Of a stretch of 54,860 nucleotides of DNA, positions 45,846 to 54,860 are shown piece by piece. Origin of the DNA: a virus (lineage: Duplodnaviria; Caudoviricetes); IMG/VR virus record IMGVR_UViG_3300018041_000008, positions 1 to 54,860 of that record. The stretch is one strand, 5' to 3'. Position numbers and translations under genes: made by a program. A model generated the notes under the pieces. It did no database searches and had not been told where the DNA came from. It saw nothing but the letters and a program-made list of their open reading frames with translations. The first letter of the stretch is position 1. Each line of letters opens with the position of its first letter.

Positions 45846-46262
45846 TTAACTCCCTACTGCTGTTTCGTCATCATAGATACTAAATTGAGCAGTTTCAATC
45901 TTATTAGCGTATCCAGATATTTTACGTAATGTAAAATACGCTGCTACATTTCCAGTAACAGTTATTACAATATCTGATGTATTATTAGAAGATTCTGAGT
46001 ATCCAGCAGCAAATAACATTTCATCACTACCAGTACAATCAACAACCATAACATTAACAGAATTTCTAACAATTGTCATAGTTGAAGCAGTATCTCCAGC
46101 CCATTGTATTGCACTAATATTAACGGTTTGTGTAACACCATCTAATGCTTGAGTTGCAGGTAATAACGTTGATATATCAATTGTACCAGAATCGTCTGCT
46201 CCAGATACTTTAACGACTGCTTCGGTATCGTTTAATTTAAGTGTTGTTACGGTAAGTGCCAT
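45846..46262 (-). CDS. Hypothetical structural protein
   Basis: 138 aa beta-rich, in head module. Confidence 0.6.
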   Translation of the reverse strand: MALTVTTLKLNDTEAVVKVSGADDSGTIDISTLLPATQALDGVTQTVNISAIQWAGDTASTMTIVRNSVNVMVVDCTGSDEMLFAAGYSESSNNTSDIVITVTGNVAAYFTLRKISGYANKIETAQFSIYDDETAVGS

Positions 46263-46823
46263 TTATTTTTCTCCAATTTTATTCAGTACATGTACAAAGT
46301 TTTCTTTAGTTTGCCTCATATACTCTATTACTTCTGAATGTGTTTTAAATAAATCACTCAATTCAACTTGAGTCGATTTATTAATAGCTATAGTGTTATC
46401 ATCTTCAAGTATGTAATCAATCTTACCTTCAATTATGGTATCTAATTTATTTAAACTACGAATCTCTTGAACTACAGGATCAAGTGTAAATATTTTAGAA
46501 GACGCTAATTCTAAGTATGATTCTATTAAGGTATCTGTTACTTTAACATTGTGATACTTGTTAATGATAGTCACTATTTTATTTTCTGATAACTCTTCAT
46601 ATATTTCAGTTCTTATTTCAGATTCTAAAGATTCTGTTTCATATTGTAATTTAAGACTATTTCTAGCTTCAGATATCTCAGTACAGTCAGAAAGAACTCC
46701 ATCAATAAGAATTTGGTCATCCTCTGTTTTTTCAATCAGATGGCCATTAGATCTTAATTGTTCAACTATCTTATTACCAGATATGCCTTCAGATAGCTTT
46801 CTATTAAATTGGTTAAAATACAT
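46263..46823 (-). CDS. Hypothetical prohead-core-region protein
   Basis: Position of T4 g67/g68; N-terminus MYFNQFNRKLSE. Confidence 0.55.
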   Translation of the reverse strand: MYFNQFNRKLSEGISGNKIVEQLRSNGHLIEKTEDDQILIDGVLSDCTEISEARNSLKLQYETESLESEIRTEIYEELSENKIVTIINKYHNVKVTDTLIESYLELASSKIFTLDPVVQEIRSLNKLDTIIEGKIDYILEDDNTIAINKSTQVELSDLFKTHSEVIEYMRQTKENFVHVLNKIGEK

Positions 46824-46825
46824 TA

Positions 46826-48160
46826 TTATTTATTAGCTAATGTTGATTTAATTTTATCAACATGTTCTTTTTTGCCATCAATATAAATCTTAAATTTCCC
46901 ACCCGCACGTGCATTACGAGAAGTTCTAAGCCCATGTTCAGCCCTTTGCCCATGAGGAATTGAATCATTATGAGCTTTAACATGTGCCATAATTTTATCA
47001 TGATGTTCTTTACTATCAGCACTAGCAATATGTCTAGTGCCTGCCTTAATTGCTGATTGGGTCTCTGCAGATGCACCGCCGGTGGCTCTAAAGTTATCTA
47101 GGTCTTTTTTGCGTCGAGCAGCAGAAACATTTAGATGATGTTGGCCCCTGTCAATTTCTGCCTGATGTTTAGCTTGATGTTTTTTAAGGCTGTCTGAGGA
47201 GTTTGCCGCAAACATACCATGATCACGCTGTGAGGTGTGATGTTTAATGTGATTTTTTATGTCCCTTTCAATTTCTTTTCTAGTTTTTGGATCATGATCC
47301 GCATCCATAAATTTTTTATCATTTAATGCTGGGTGTAGCTCTTCAGTTGTATATTCAAGATCTTCAATGAACATATCTTCATCTTCAAATGTAGAGTATT
47401 CTTCATATTCTTCATACTGTTCTTTCATACCATTCTTTTTAGTAGCTGTATTAATACCTTTAGTTCTTCGTTTAATTACAGCGTTAGCAGCCCTACTACT
47501 TTTTCCTAACTCTCTTTTATAATCATCATCAGTACCGTCCCAATATGCGCTTGCTCGTTCTTTATCTATTGTATCTTTGTAAGCATGGGTATCTTTCTTA
47601 TCTTTTTTTGCTTTGTCAAGATAAGAAGATAGTGTACCTTTAGATAATTCATCTAATTGATTAAAGTCTTCAGATTGCATGAAGTCTTGGATATCTTCAA
47701 TTGAATAATCTTCAATTGAATAATCTTCTGTTCTAAGCTTATTTATTTCATAATCAGAACCACCACCAATTTCATCTGAATGTTTATTTTTTTTAATCCA
47801 ATTATGGACCTTTTTATGATCATTATGTTTTAGTTGAATTGTTGCATTCCCTTCTGAATCTTTATAGTCTTTAACCTTAGCACTCAGTCCTGACTTAACT
47901 GCCCTCTTAACCATCATATCAACATGCTTTTTATGATCTACTTCCCCAGCATCGTAATGTGGTGCCTGATGTTTAATTTCATACGAAGCTTCATCTAGTT
48001 CTTCATACTGTTCTTTAAACATACTTTGTGCTAAATCTTGTCTCATACCATCTAATTTATCAGAAATACGCGTTGATAATTCTGTATTAAATGCTGTGTC
48101 GATAGCCATTGAATTTCCAGATTCTATAGCATCTATTAAATTCTTTACTCCGTTTGACAT
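46826..48160 (-). CDS. Prohead core protein (gp67-like N-terminus) extended by modular His/Lys-rich domains
   Basis: Directly after g20; LIDAI..G....AF...L...I.D.L...R..LA.SMF; LDELSKGTLSSY module. Confidence 0.65.
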   Translation of the reverse strand: MSNGVKNLIDAIESGNSMAIDTAFNTELSTRISDKLDGMRQDLAQSMFKEQYEELDEASYEIKHQAPHYDAGEVDHKKHVDMMVKRAVKSGLSAKVKDYKDSEGNATIQLKHNDHKKVHNWIKKNKHSDEIGGGSDYEINKLRTEDYSIEDYSIEDIQDFMQSEDFNQLDELSKGTLSSYLDKAKKDKKDTHAYKDTIDKERASAYWDGTDDDYKRELGKSSRAANAVIKRRTKGINTATKKNGMKEQYEEYEEYSTFEDEDMFIEDLEYTTEELHPALNDKKFMDADHDPKTRKEIERDIKNHIKHHTSQRDHGMFAANSSDSLKKHQAKHQAEIDRGQHHLNVSAARRKKDLDNFRATGGASAETQSAIKAGTRHIASADSKEHHDKIMAHVKAHNDSIPHGQRAEHGLRTSRNARAGGKFKIYIDGKKEHVDKIKSTLANK

Positions 48161-48162
48161 AA

Positions 48163-49704
48163 CTATTCTCCGTTTGGTTGTGTACTATCAGGTTGGTCTG
48201 CTTGTTGTTCTCTATCTTGTTGCTGTTGATCTAGAGCTTCTAAGTCAGCCATTGCTTTTCTTTCAGTTTCAATCTGTTTATCAATATCTTTAATATCATC
48301 TTCAGATTGTTTTAATATATAACGCCTTACATAATCCATTGAATAGAACTTACCTAAATATGGTTCAACTCTTTGTAAGGTTTCCATTCTACCATTTAAT
48401 ACTTCTGCTTCTTTTAATTCAGAGAAGTGATTATCTTCTTGGAAATCAAATCGTATATCTTGTACAATTTCATCCCATTCATCCGCTCTCATAATACCTT
48501 TAACAACTAATTGTATTTTAAGAGTGTCTAAAAATACTAAAGAAAATCTACGTCTAATACGTTCAATAAACTTATTAAATTTAACTTCATCTCTTGTTAT
48601 TTCATTTGATCTACCAAGACTGAACCCTTGTTGTGGTTGTAATCTTGAAATAGGTACATTTAATGCTTGGTATAATTTAGTTTGGAAGTATTGAATATCA
48701 GAAATTTCTCCAAGGCTTTGTCCACCTGGTAATGTAGTAATTTCTGTACCTTTGCCACCTTCTCTACGAGGCATCCAAAAATCTTCCATCATACTTAAAT
48801 GTTTACGATCATCTCTTACTTCGCCAGTAGTAGCATCGTAAACTACTTTATTTCTAAATTTATTCATAATATCGTTGACATACTGTTCTGCTTTCATCTT
48901 AGGAAGGTTACCAACGTCAACATAGAACACTCTTCTTTCTGGTGCCCTTGAAACTCGATAGATGACTAGAGCATCTTCGATCATTTTTAATTGATTTACT
49001 GGTTTAATTGCTTTATGTAAATGACCTAACATCATGTTTGTGTTAGAATCAGATAAACCAGAAGGAGCATAAACTACAGAATCTAAACTGAGCTTAACAC
49101 CTTGTGTTGTATTTTCATTAATGCCTTTATCATGATAGACATAGTATTCTTCAACAGAAGCTACTACTTCTACACCTTTAGCATTCTTTTCTTTTTTAAC
49201 ATTTTTAATCTTACGGATTTTTCTAGGATCTACGTATCGTAAATCAGCAATCCCTTTTTTAAGATTATTTTCATCTAATAATATGTGATAATATAGTCTA
49301 CCATCAACATACCATGACCTAAACATGTCATGACCTTTTTGGTTAAACTTATATAATTTTAATACATTTTTAAATTCTTCACGAATTTTATTTTTAATAG
49401 ATTCAGATAAGTCAACATCATCTAATACAACTTCAACAGGAGATTCGTCTGAATTAGCTACAATAGATTCATTAACAATATCTTCAATTGCATTATCGCA
49501 ATCAGAGTATTGTGCAATTTCACGGTATCTTCTTATTAAGTCATTTTCGTTCTTAATAATACCTTCAATGTCAACGGTCATGCCATAATATCCGGCAGTA
49601 CCTGATGTCATCATAGTTGAACCGTCATCAACTGAGGGAGCTACAATCGCTCCCTTAGATTGAATCTCTTTTTTCTTCTTTATCTCGAAGCCAAATATTT
49701 CCAT
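48163..49704 (-). CDS. 20: Portal protein gp20
   Basis: WYVDGR, IYRVSRAPERRVFYVDVGNLPK, EDFWMPRREGGKGTEITTLPGG. Confidence 0.98.
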   Translation of the reverse strand: MEIFGFEIKKKKEIQSKGAIVAPSVDDGSTMMTSGTAGYYGMTVDIEGIIKNENDLIRRYREIAQYSDCDNAIEDIVNESIVANSDESPVEVVLDDVDLSESIKNKIREEFKNVLKLYKFNQKGHDMFRSWYVDGRLYYHILLDENNLKKGIADLRYVDPRKIRKIKNVKKEKNAKGVEVVASVEEYYVYHDKGINENTTQGVKLSLDSVVYAPSGLSDSNTNMMLGHLHKAIKPVNQLKMIEDALVIYRVSRAPERRVFYVDVGNLPKMKAEQYVNDIMNKFRNKVVYDATTGEVRDDRKHLSMMEDFWMPRREGGKGTEITTLPGGQSLGEISDIQYFQTKLYQALNVPISRLQPQQGFSLGRSNEITRDEVKFNKFIERIRRRFSLVFLDTLKIQLVVKGIMRADEWDEIVQDIRFDFQEDNHFSELKEAEVLNGRMETLQRVEPYLGKFYSMDYVRRYILKQSEDDIKDIDKQIETERKAMADLEALDQQQQDREQQADQPDSTQPNGE

Positions 49705-49731
49705 AATAAACCTTTTATAATAAATCCACTA

Positions 49732-50328
49732 CTATAGAGGTAGTGGGAATGTACCAATTGGAGTATCTACTGATACATTAACACCAAAGTCAGAACCTTG
49801 AGTTGATGTATTTGAAGTCCAGTAGTTGTATGTCCATTCGATATCAAATGTTTCAATAACGTTATTTGCGTCATAGTCAAGTTGTACTGGAGAGATAGCT
49901 GTTGGATAAGCATCTCTAAATGTGTACGACTTAATAGCAGCACCATTTCTATCTAACTGAGTTACCAATAAATCTACTTGATAATCAGTTGGATTAGTAC
50001 GACCATCTGTTTGACTGTGATTCATAATACCGTCTGACCATTGCTCTAATGCATTTCTTACTGCAAATGATACATCGTTATATACAGTAATTGCCCAAGG
50101 TATAAATGTTCTTTCGCCTGCAAAGTTTACTTGCCGTCCACGATAGAAGACCTGAGTATTATCTATTGTAGAGGCTGGCAATTGAGCAGCCTTACAAAGA
50201 AACTGAGATCTAATACCAGTTAGTGAACCAGCAGAAACAAATGAAGGAAAAGATAAATCTACACGGAACTGATTGGGACGTGCTCCGCCCCCTGTCATCT
50301 GTGCTTTAAAATCGCTAATATTTGCCAT
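49732..50328 (-). CDS. 19: Tail tube protein gp19
   Basis: GGARPNQF, CKAAQLPAS, AGERTF..W.ITVYND; late box 50355-50362. Confidence 0.95.
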   Translation of the reverse strand: MANISDFKAQMTGGGARPNQFRVDLSFPSFVSAGSLTGIRSQFLCKAAQLPASTIDNTQVFYRGRQVNFAGERTFIPWAITVYNDVSFAVRNALEQWSDGIMNHSQTDGRTNPTDYQVDLLVTQLDRNGAAIKSYTFRDAYPTAISPVQLDYDANNVIETFDIEWTYNYWTSNTSTQGSDFGVNVSVDTPIGTFPLPL

Positions 50329-50364
50329 TTTCTTTCCTTTTAGTTACTCTTTATTATTTATATG

Positions 50365-52320
50365 TTATGCACCAATCTCTTCAAAAGAAACTGAACTTCT
50401 TGCAGCAACGAAGTTAAGACTAATGAAGTTAATTGAGCGGGTAGGTTTAATAAAAATATCAGCAACGAATTCGTTACGATCGATAACTTCACCAGTATTA
50501 TTTGAATCATCACATTTAACTCTGAAATCAGTTACACCACGTCTACCTTGTACATCTCTAAGGAATGGTTCAACTAAATTCTTAAACTGAGCTCTTGTGA
50601 AACTGTCGTTAAATTCAAATAACTGGAATTTAGCAGCAGTAGCAATTGCTTTTTCTAAAACAATAAACAGTCTACGTACGTTAATACGATCGAATGCAGA
50701 TGGTTTAGCTAATAGTGTTTTATCACCAAATAACACTGTACCTTGACCTGGGAAAGCAACAACTGGGTTAACACCTGCTTTATACAGAGTATCTCTTTCA
50801 GTTTTACCTGGATTAACAGCTAGTTTAACCACGTTCTTAATTTGACCACGGTTAAGACCACCTGGTGACCACCAAGCATCATTAGTAAAATCAGTTCTAG
50901 CACAAAGACCAGCTATGTCACCATTTAATGGAACATATCTATATGTGTCATTGTATCTATCATACTGGTATTTATAACCAGAATCTAAAACAGCATATGA
51001 AGATGAAGGTAGAGCATTTCTATATGTAACTAAAGCATTAGCTGCAACAGATCCGCTACCAGTAATTACATCACCAGATAATGTATTTTGTGGTGAAACA
51101 AACACTACACAATCTTTTCTAACTTCTGCAACGTTATTAATTACATAAGTTGCAACAGTTGCTGAAGCTTTACCAATTGGAAGCAATGAAATATCATATA
51201 ATTCATCGTTAGCAAATATAGCATAAGCAGTTTGTAATTGGCCATCAGTAGAAGTTAAATCATCTACACCACCAGTTAATGAAATTGATGAAACTGCTGA
51301 CATATCTTTAAAGTCATTATTAGCTGCAGTTAATCCCCAATTTACACCAGTACCAGAACCACCTGTTGTTGTAGCAACACCTGTAGTGTGATCCATCCAC
51401 CAAATATATTTTGAATTTGCATTAATTACATTTTTGTAATAGTTGTTTGAACCATCTGATTTTTTAGCATCAGACGCTTTAGAAACATATGAAAATCTTT
51501 CTAAGATAGTACCAGCAGTACCTGTCCATAATCCATCTTCATCAATAACAATGATATGTAATTCATCATTACTACCACCAACTGAAGATACATATTCTGA
51601 AGTAGAAGGAGCTGAATCAAATTCTGCTTCATAATTCCAACCAGTATAATCTTGTGAATCTACCATTTCTACTTTAATAGAATTTCCTAGAGCACCTGCA
51701 AATTTAGCAGCCCACTCACCAACAACACCAGCACCATTGACATATGTGTCATTGTATTCATCAAAGTTTTTAATTTTAACACCAGCAGTAGCTACAGTAG
51801 CAGTACCTTCTGCATCAGTACCAGCAGAAGCATCAAATGTTATTGTTGGAGGTGAAGTGTATCCAGAACCAGCAGTAACTATAGTAATATCACCTACAGC
51901 ATCACCGTCTAATACACAGGTTGCTACAGCTTGTACACCACCTGAAATATCAGGAGCACTAATTGTAATAGCAGGAGCTGAAATATAAGAATCACCAGGT
52001 TGTGATACAGTAATTCCAGTTAAAGCTCCTGTTTGTGTTGCTACTGCATTTTTCGTATTAGTTGAATCTGATCTAACAACTAACAGATTATTTGTATATG
52101 ATAGGAAGTTAGCTGCGGTAAAGAACGATTGAGCATTAGCTGAAACAGGTTTACCGAATCTCTCTACTAAAACATTCTCTGATGAAATAGTAACTGGATC
52201 TTCGATAGGACCCCATTGAAATGCACCAGCAAACGCACCGATCGACGTAGACACTGCAGGGACAATTGAAGTCAAGTCCTGTTCTGTTACGGCTACTCCT
52301 GGAGATAATTGAAACGCCAT
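50365..52320 (-). CDS. 18: Tail sheath protein gp18
   Basis: SPGV...E.DLT, FQWGP, GDKT...PSAFDRINVRRLF, IKPTRSINFISLNFVA; late box 52367-52374. Confidence 0.98.
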   Translation of the reverse strand: MAFQLSPGVAVTEQDLTSIVPAVSTSIGAFAGAFQWGPIEDPVTISSENVLVERFGKPVSANAQSFFTAANFLSYTNNLLVVRSDSTNTKNAVATQTGALTGITVSQPGDSYISAPAITISAPDISGGVQAVATCVLDGDAVGDITIVTAGSGYTSPPTITFDASAGTDAEGTATVATAGVKIKNFDEYNDTYVNGAGVVGEWAAKFAGALGNSIKVEMVDSQDYTGWNYEAEFDSAPSTSEYVSSVGGSNDELHIIVIDEDGLWTGTAGTILERFSYVSKASDAKKSDGSNNYYKNVINANSKYIWWMDHTTGVATTTGGSGTGVNWGLTAANNDFKDMSAVSSISLTGGVDDLTSTDGQLQTAYAIFANDELYDISLLPIGKASATVATYVINNVAEVRKDCVVFVSPQNTLSGDVITGSGSVAANALVTYRNALPSSSYAVLDSGYKYQYDRYNDTYRYVPLNGDIAGLCARTDFTNDAWWSPGGLNRGQIKNVVKLAVNPGKTERDTLYKAGVNPVVAFPGQGTVLFGDKTLLAKPSAFDRINVRRLFIVLEKAIATAAKFQLFEFNDSFTRAQFKNLVEPFLRDVQGRRGVTDFRVKCDDSNNTGEVIDRNEFVADIFIKPTRSINFISLNFVAARSSVSFEEIGA

Positions 52321-52378
52321 TGTGTTTCTCCTTAATTAATTGAACTAGAGTTACCTCTATATATGTTATTTATATATA

Positions 52379-53965
52379 TTAAAAATTCATTAAAACTTCT
52401 TCAGCGGGATCATCTTGACCATCATTTACAAATCCAAATGGGGTCATTTCATCTTCTATTTGTTTAATCTGAGACTCATACATTTCTTGTCTCATATTAA
52501 CATTATTTAGATCTTTAAAATATGGGTTAGATGTTAACCAACTAAATAAAACTAATGTCATAACTAAATCATCATTATAACCTTCATCGGCAGAATAAGA
52601 CCCTCTTCTTTCAATAAACGTTGATATTTCAGCAATGGTGTCTGCATCTTGTATAAGTAACTTATTCTCTTCAACCATTGATTTAAAATTGGAACATCCA
52701 ATTCTTTTTACTTTTTTATCAGTTTGAACTCCTAATTGAGTTTGACCTCCGCCAAAACCACCAGAAATCACTTGACCATTAGAACCTCTATTAACAAAAA
52801 GTATATTTTCATACTCTAGTTCACTGTATAATATAGAAGGTACTTGTTCACTAGAGTTAATTTCTATTAAAACGTATGCTGTATTATATTCTTTTGCTAT
52901 TTTGTGTATAATAGTTGGATATAGCAACGGACTAATTTTATTGTCTCTATATTTTGCTACTTGTACATATGGTACTTGAGATACATCGATAATATTAAAT
53001 GCAGAATAATCAGCACCAACACCTTTAGCTGTATCAACCACCATAACATAGGTGTGATCTTTTACAGGTTCATCGAATACATCTAATCCATCTTTACTAT
53101 ATTTATAATCTTTAGGTTTTAGCTTTGATATAATATCAGCACTAATTAAAGTTAAACTTGAACCGAGAAAAGTACATAACACTTCTTGGTTATATTTAAG
53201 TTCTCCGAGCATATTCTTTTGTTCTTGTGCCCATTTTTCATCTCTACCAGGTATTTTCCAATAGGGTATAAACAATGGAACAAAATCATTCTTACCATTT
53301 TCAGCATCATTCCAGTATCTCCAGAAATGATTATATCCTAATGGAGTAGATGATAATAATATCTTTGTTGTTTCACCTGCAGAAATTGTAGGATATACCG
53401 AAGTAAAAAACTGTTCCGCTACATTATTTGGTATGATAGCTGTTTCATCAACATATAACATATTAACTGATTTACCTCGAATACCTGAAGCAGATGTTGC
53501 GGCAGTAAATACTTTACTATTATTTTCTAATTCAATATCACCTTTATTCCATACTGTAACGCCTTGTTGCATCCATTTAGGCAAATTTTCATACATTAAT
53601 TGGTATCTACTTAATACCTCGCGTGCTGCTGTGGCTTTGTTTGCCAATATGGCGACCGTTTTCGAATTTTGAAATATAGTATACCATAATATGTACGCAG
53701 CACTTGTGGTAGTTTTACCTTGTTGCCGACCTTCCATAAGAATAACTTTACGATTTTCATGTATTACTTTCACCTTTTCGACTTGACACTCATATAATTT
53801 AAAGGGAATTAGACCCATATCCAAAGATATAATCTTACAATAATTTTCTATAAAGTAGACTGGATCTTTAGCACATAGAGCATATTCCTCTACATTTTCT
53901 TTTGTAAATGGTATTGATACTCCAGCTGATTTTAGCTGAGAGTTACCAAGATATATTTGAGCCAT
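52379..53965 (-). CDS. 17: Terminase large subunit gp17
   Basis: RQQGKTT, IRGKS, YVDE, SSTPLG.NHF, NDDLVM. Confidence 0.97.
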   Translation of the reverse strand: MAQIYLGNSQLKSAGVSIPFTKENVEEYALCAKDPVYFIENYCKIISLDMGLIPFKLYECQVEKVKVIHENRKVILMEGRQQGKTTTSAAYILWYTIFQNSKTVAILANKATAAREVLSRYQLMYENLPKWMQQGVTVWNKGDIELENNSKVFTAATSASGIRGKSVNMLYVDETAIIPNNVAEQFFTSVYPTISAGETTKILLSSTPLGYNHFWRYWNDAENGKNDFVPLFIPYWKIPGRDEKWAQEQKNMLGELKYNQEVLCTFLGSSLTLISADIISKLKPKDYKYSKDGLDVFDEPVKDHTYVMVVDTAKGVGADYSAFNIIDVSQVPYVQVAKYRDNKISPLLYPTIIHKIAKEYNTAYVLIEINSSEQVPSILYSELEYENILFVNRGSNGQVISGGFGGGQTQLGVQTDKKVKRIGCSNFKSMVEENKLLIQDADTIAEISTFIERRGSYSADEGYNDDLVMTLVLFSWLTSNPYFKDLNNVNMRQEMYESQIKQIEDEMTPFGFVNDGQDDPAEEVLMNF

Positions 53966-54684
53966 TAAAAGTCATCTTCCCAATTTTCAACAATTGGATC
54001 GTCTGGTGTAGTACCAGTAGCAGTATAATTTCTATCTGGGTCAGAAAGATTAGCTAATGATGTAGTAATAATACCTTGCTCATTAACATTACCATAAACA
54101 TTAGTTTTCATTTGGAAATTTAATGTATGAGTAACGAATCGTCTTGTCTGAAAGTCACCATCATATTCATCGTTTACCATAACTGAATTTAATATAATAG
54201 GAACGGATTGTTTTATATTTAAATCAGGTAAAGCATTTACTGACAATGTGTATTCAGGAGTAAATATTGGAAGTATTTGCTCTAGTATTTGCATACCATC
54301 TTCTTGTGTTTTTGATATAATATACATACTAATATCAATATTATATGGTGCAGGACTAAATACACTCTTTTTATTACTACCATTTAAATTTTCACAGGTA
54401 ATTCTATTTAATTTATTTGTTTTTCTTGAAGGATCATAGGCATAACTTACAATTTCAAATGATATTCTTGGTAATGAAACGTAAGTATAGTTATTTAAAC
54501 CTGGATCACTGTCTAACCGTACTAGCCATTTTTCTTTTGGAGCATAAGCTAAAGGTACTTTAATAGTTTGTTCAACACTATTGTCATCATTTTTTCTTAT
54601 AATTCGAATATCTGAAAACAATCTGCCAAAAGCAACAATAGATTTTCTAATAGCTTCGTGGTAATAGGTATTATTATTAAGCAT
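53965..54684 (-). CDS. 15: Tail sheath stabiliser / terminator gp15
   Basis: FGRLF, VPLAYAPKEK, LPRISFE, QILEQILPIF.P. Confidence 0.93.
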   Translation of the reverse strand: MLNNNTYYHEAIRKSIVAFGRLFSDIRIIRKNDDNSVEQTIKVPLAYAPKEKWLVRLDSDPGLNNYTYVSLPRISFEIVSYAYDPSRKTNKLNRITCENLNGSNKKSVFSPAPYNIDISMYIISKTQEDGMQILEQILPIFTPEYTLSVNALPDLNIKQSVPIILNSVMVNDEYDGDFQTRRFVTHTLNFQMKTNVYGNVNEQGIITTSLANLSDPDRNYTATGTTPDDPIVENWEDDF

Positions 54685-54860
54685 TAACTAATTTCTCCAA
54701 ACGGATTATCTTCCGTAAATAGAACATCTGCTGCTTCTTCTTTGAATGAATTATTATCACCAAATGAATCTTGTGTATCAATATTTAGTATCTTAGCAGT
54801 AGCGGTTGCTTGATCGACTGTACCACCACCTGATAAAGTAATGGTTGGAATAGATGTATA
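54684..54860 (-). CDS. 14: Partial neck protein gp14 C-terminus
   Basis: Manual translation ends ...DSFGDNNSFKEEAADVLFTEDNPFGEIS; synteny. Confidence 0.75.
   Translation of the reverse strand, partial: YTSIPTITLSGGGTVDQATATAKILNIDTQDSFGDNNSFKEEAADVLFTEDNPFGEIS

Noticed and set aside
1999-47076. Nested minus-strand alternative-frame ORFs (1999, 12867, 14279, 46837)
   Set aside because: Entirely inside longer genes with no independent support
47693-47727. 15-nt tandem duplication (DYSIE x2)
   Set aside because: Simple slippage in an acidic linker
51790-52030. Insertion in gp18 (GSGYTSPPT-type repeats) as possible intein
   Set aside because: Common beta-sandwich sheath insertion; no intein motifs
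3365-54439. All plus-strand ORFs in the track (for example 3365, 5074, 11931, 18561, 32560, 40340, 51737)
   Set aside because: Antisense shadows of well-supported minus-strand genes; no SD or recognisable motifs
1-54860. Stop-codon reassignment, introns or inteins in core genes
   Set aside because: Core genes are full length in the standard code and TAA, TAG and TGA all terminate genes

Overview
54.9-kb AT-rich segment of a T4-like (Tevenvirinae/marine-freshwater T4-like) myophage genome; essentially all real genes lie on the minus strand. Read right to left: neck/tail/head module (g14 partial, g15, g17, g18, g19, g20, core proteins, g21, g22, g23, g3; g16 is absent from its usual slot), recombination/replication/late-transcription module (uvsY, uvsW, g55, g47, g46, g45, g44, g62, regA, g43, uvsX, g41), a cytosine-modification cluster (T4 g42-like dCMP hydroxymethylase, dCMP deaminase, NTP pyrophosphohydrolases), early hypervariable small-gene clusters driven by a repeated TGTACT-N17-TATAAT promoter, and a late block of probable head-packaged proteins. 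Several things are missing from the supplied ORF track: a pqqA PQQ-precursor peptide gene (suggesting a Methylophilaceae-type host), a ribosomal protein bS21 gene that appears to start at AUA, and between them a structured element carrying 15 nt complementary to 23S rRNA helix 69-70. An RNA polymerase omega-like gene lies just downstream. Other highlights are a tRNA-like structured RNA in the leader of the hydroxymethylcytosine operon and a set of enzymes (ligase-like, HAD phosphatase, nuclease-like, nucleotidyltransferase) that carry T4 internal-protein-like capsid-targeting N-termini. All calls come from reading the sequence and recalled family motifs; no searches were run.
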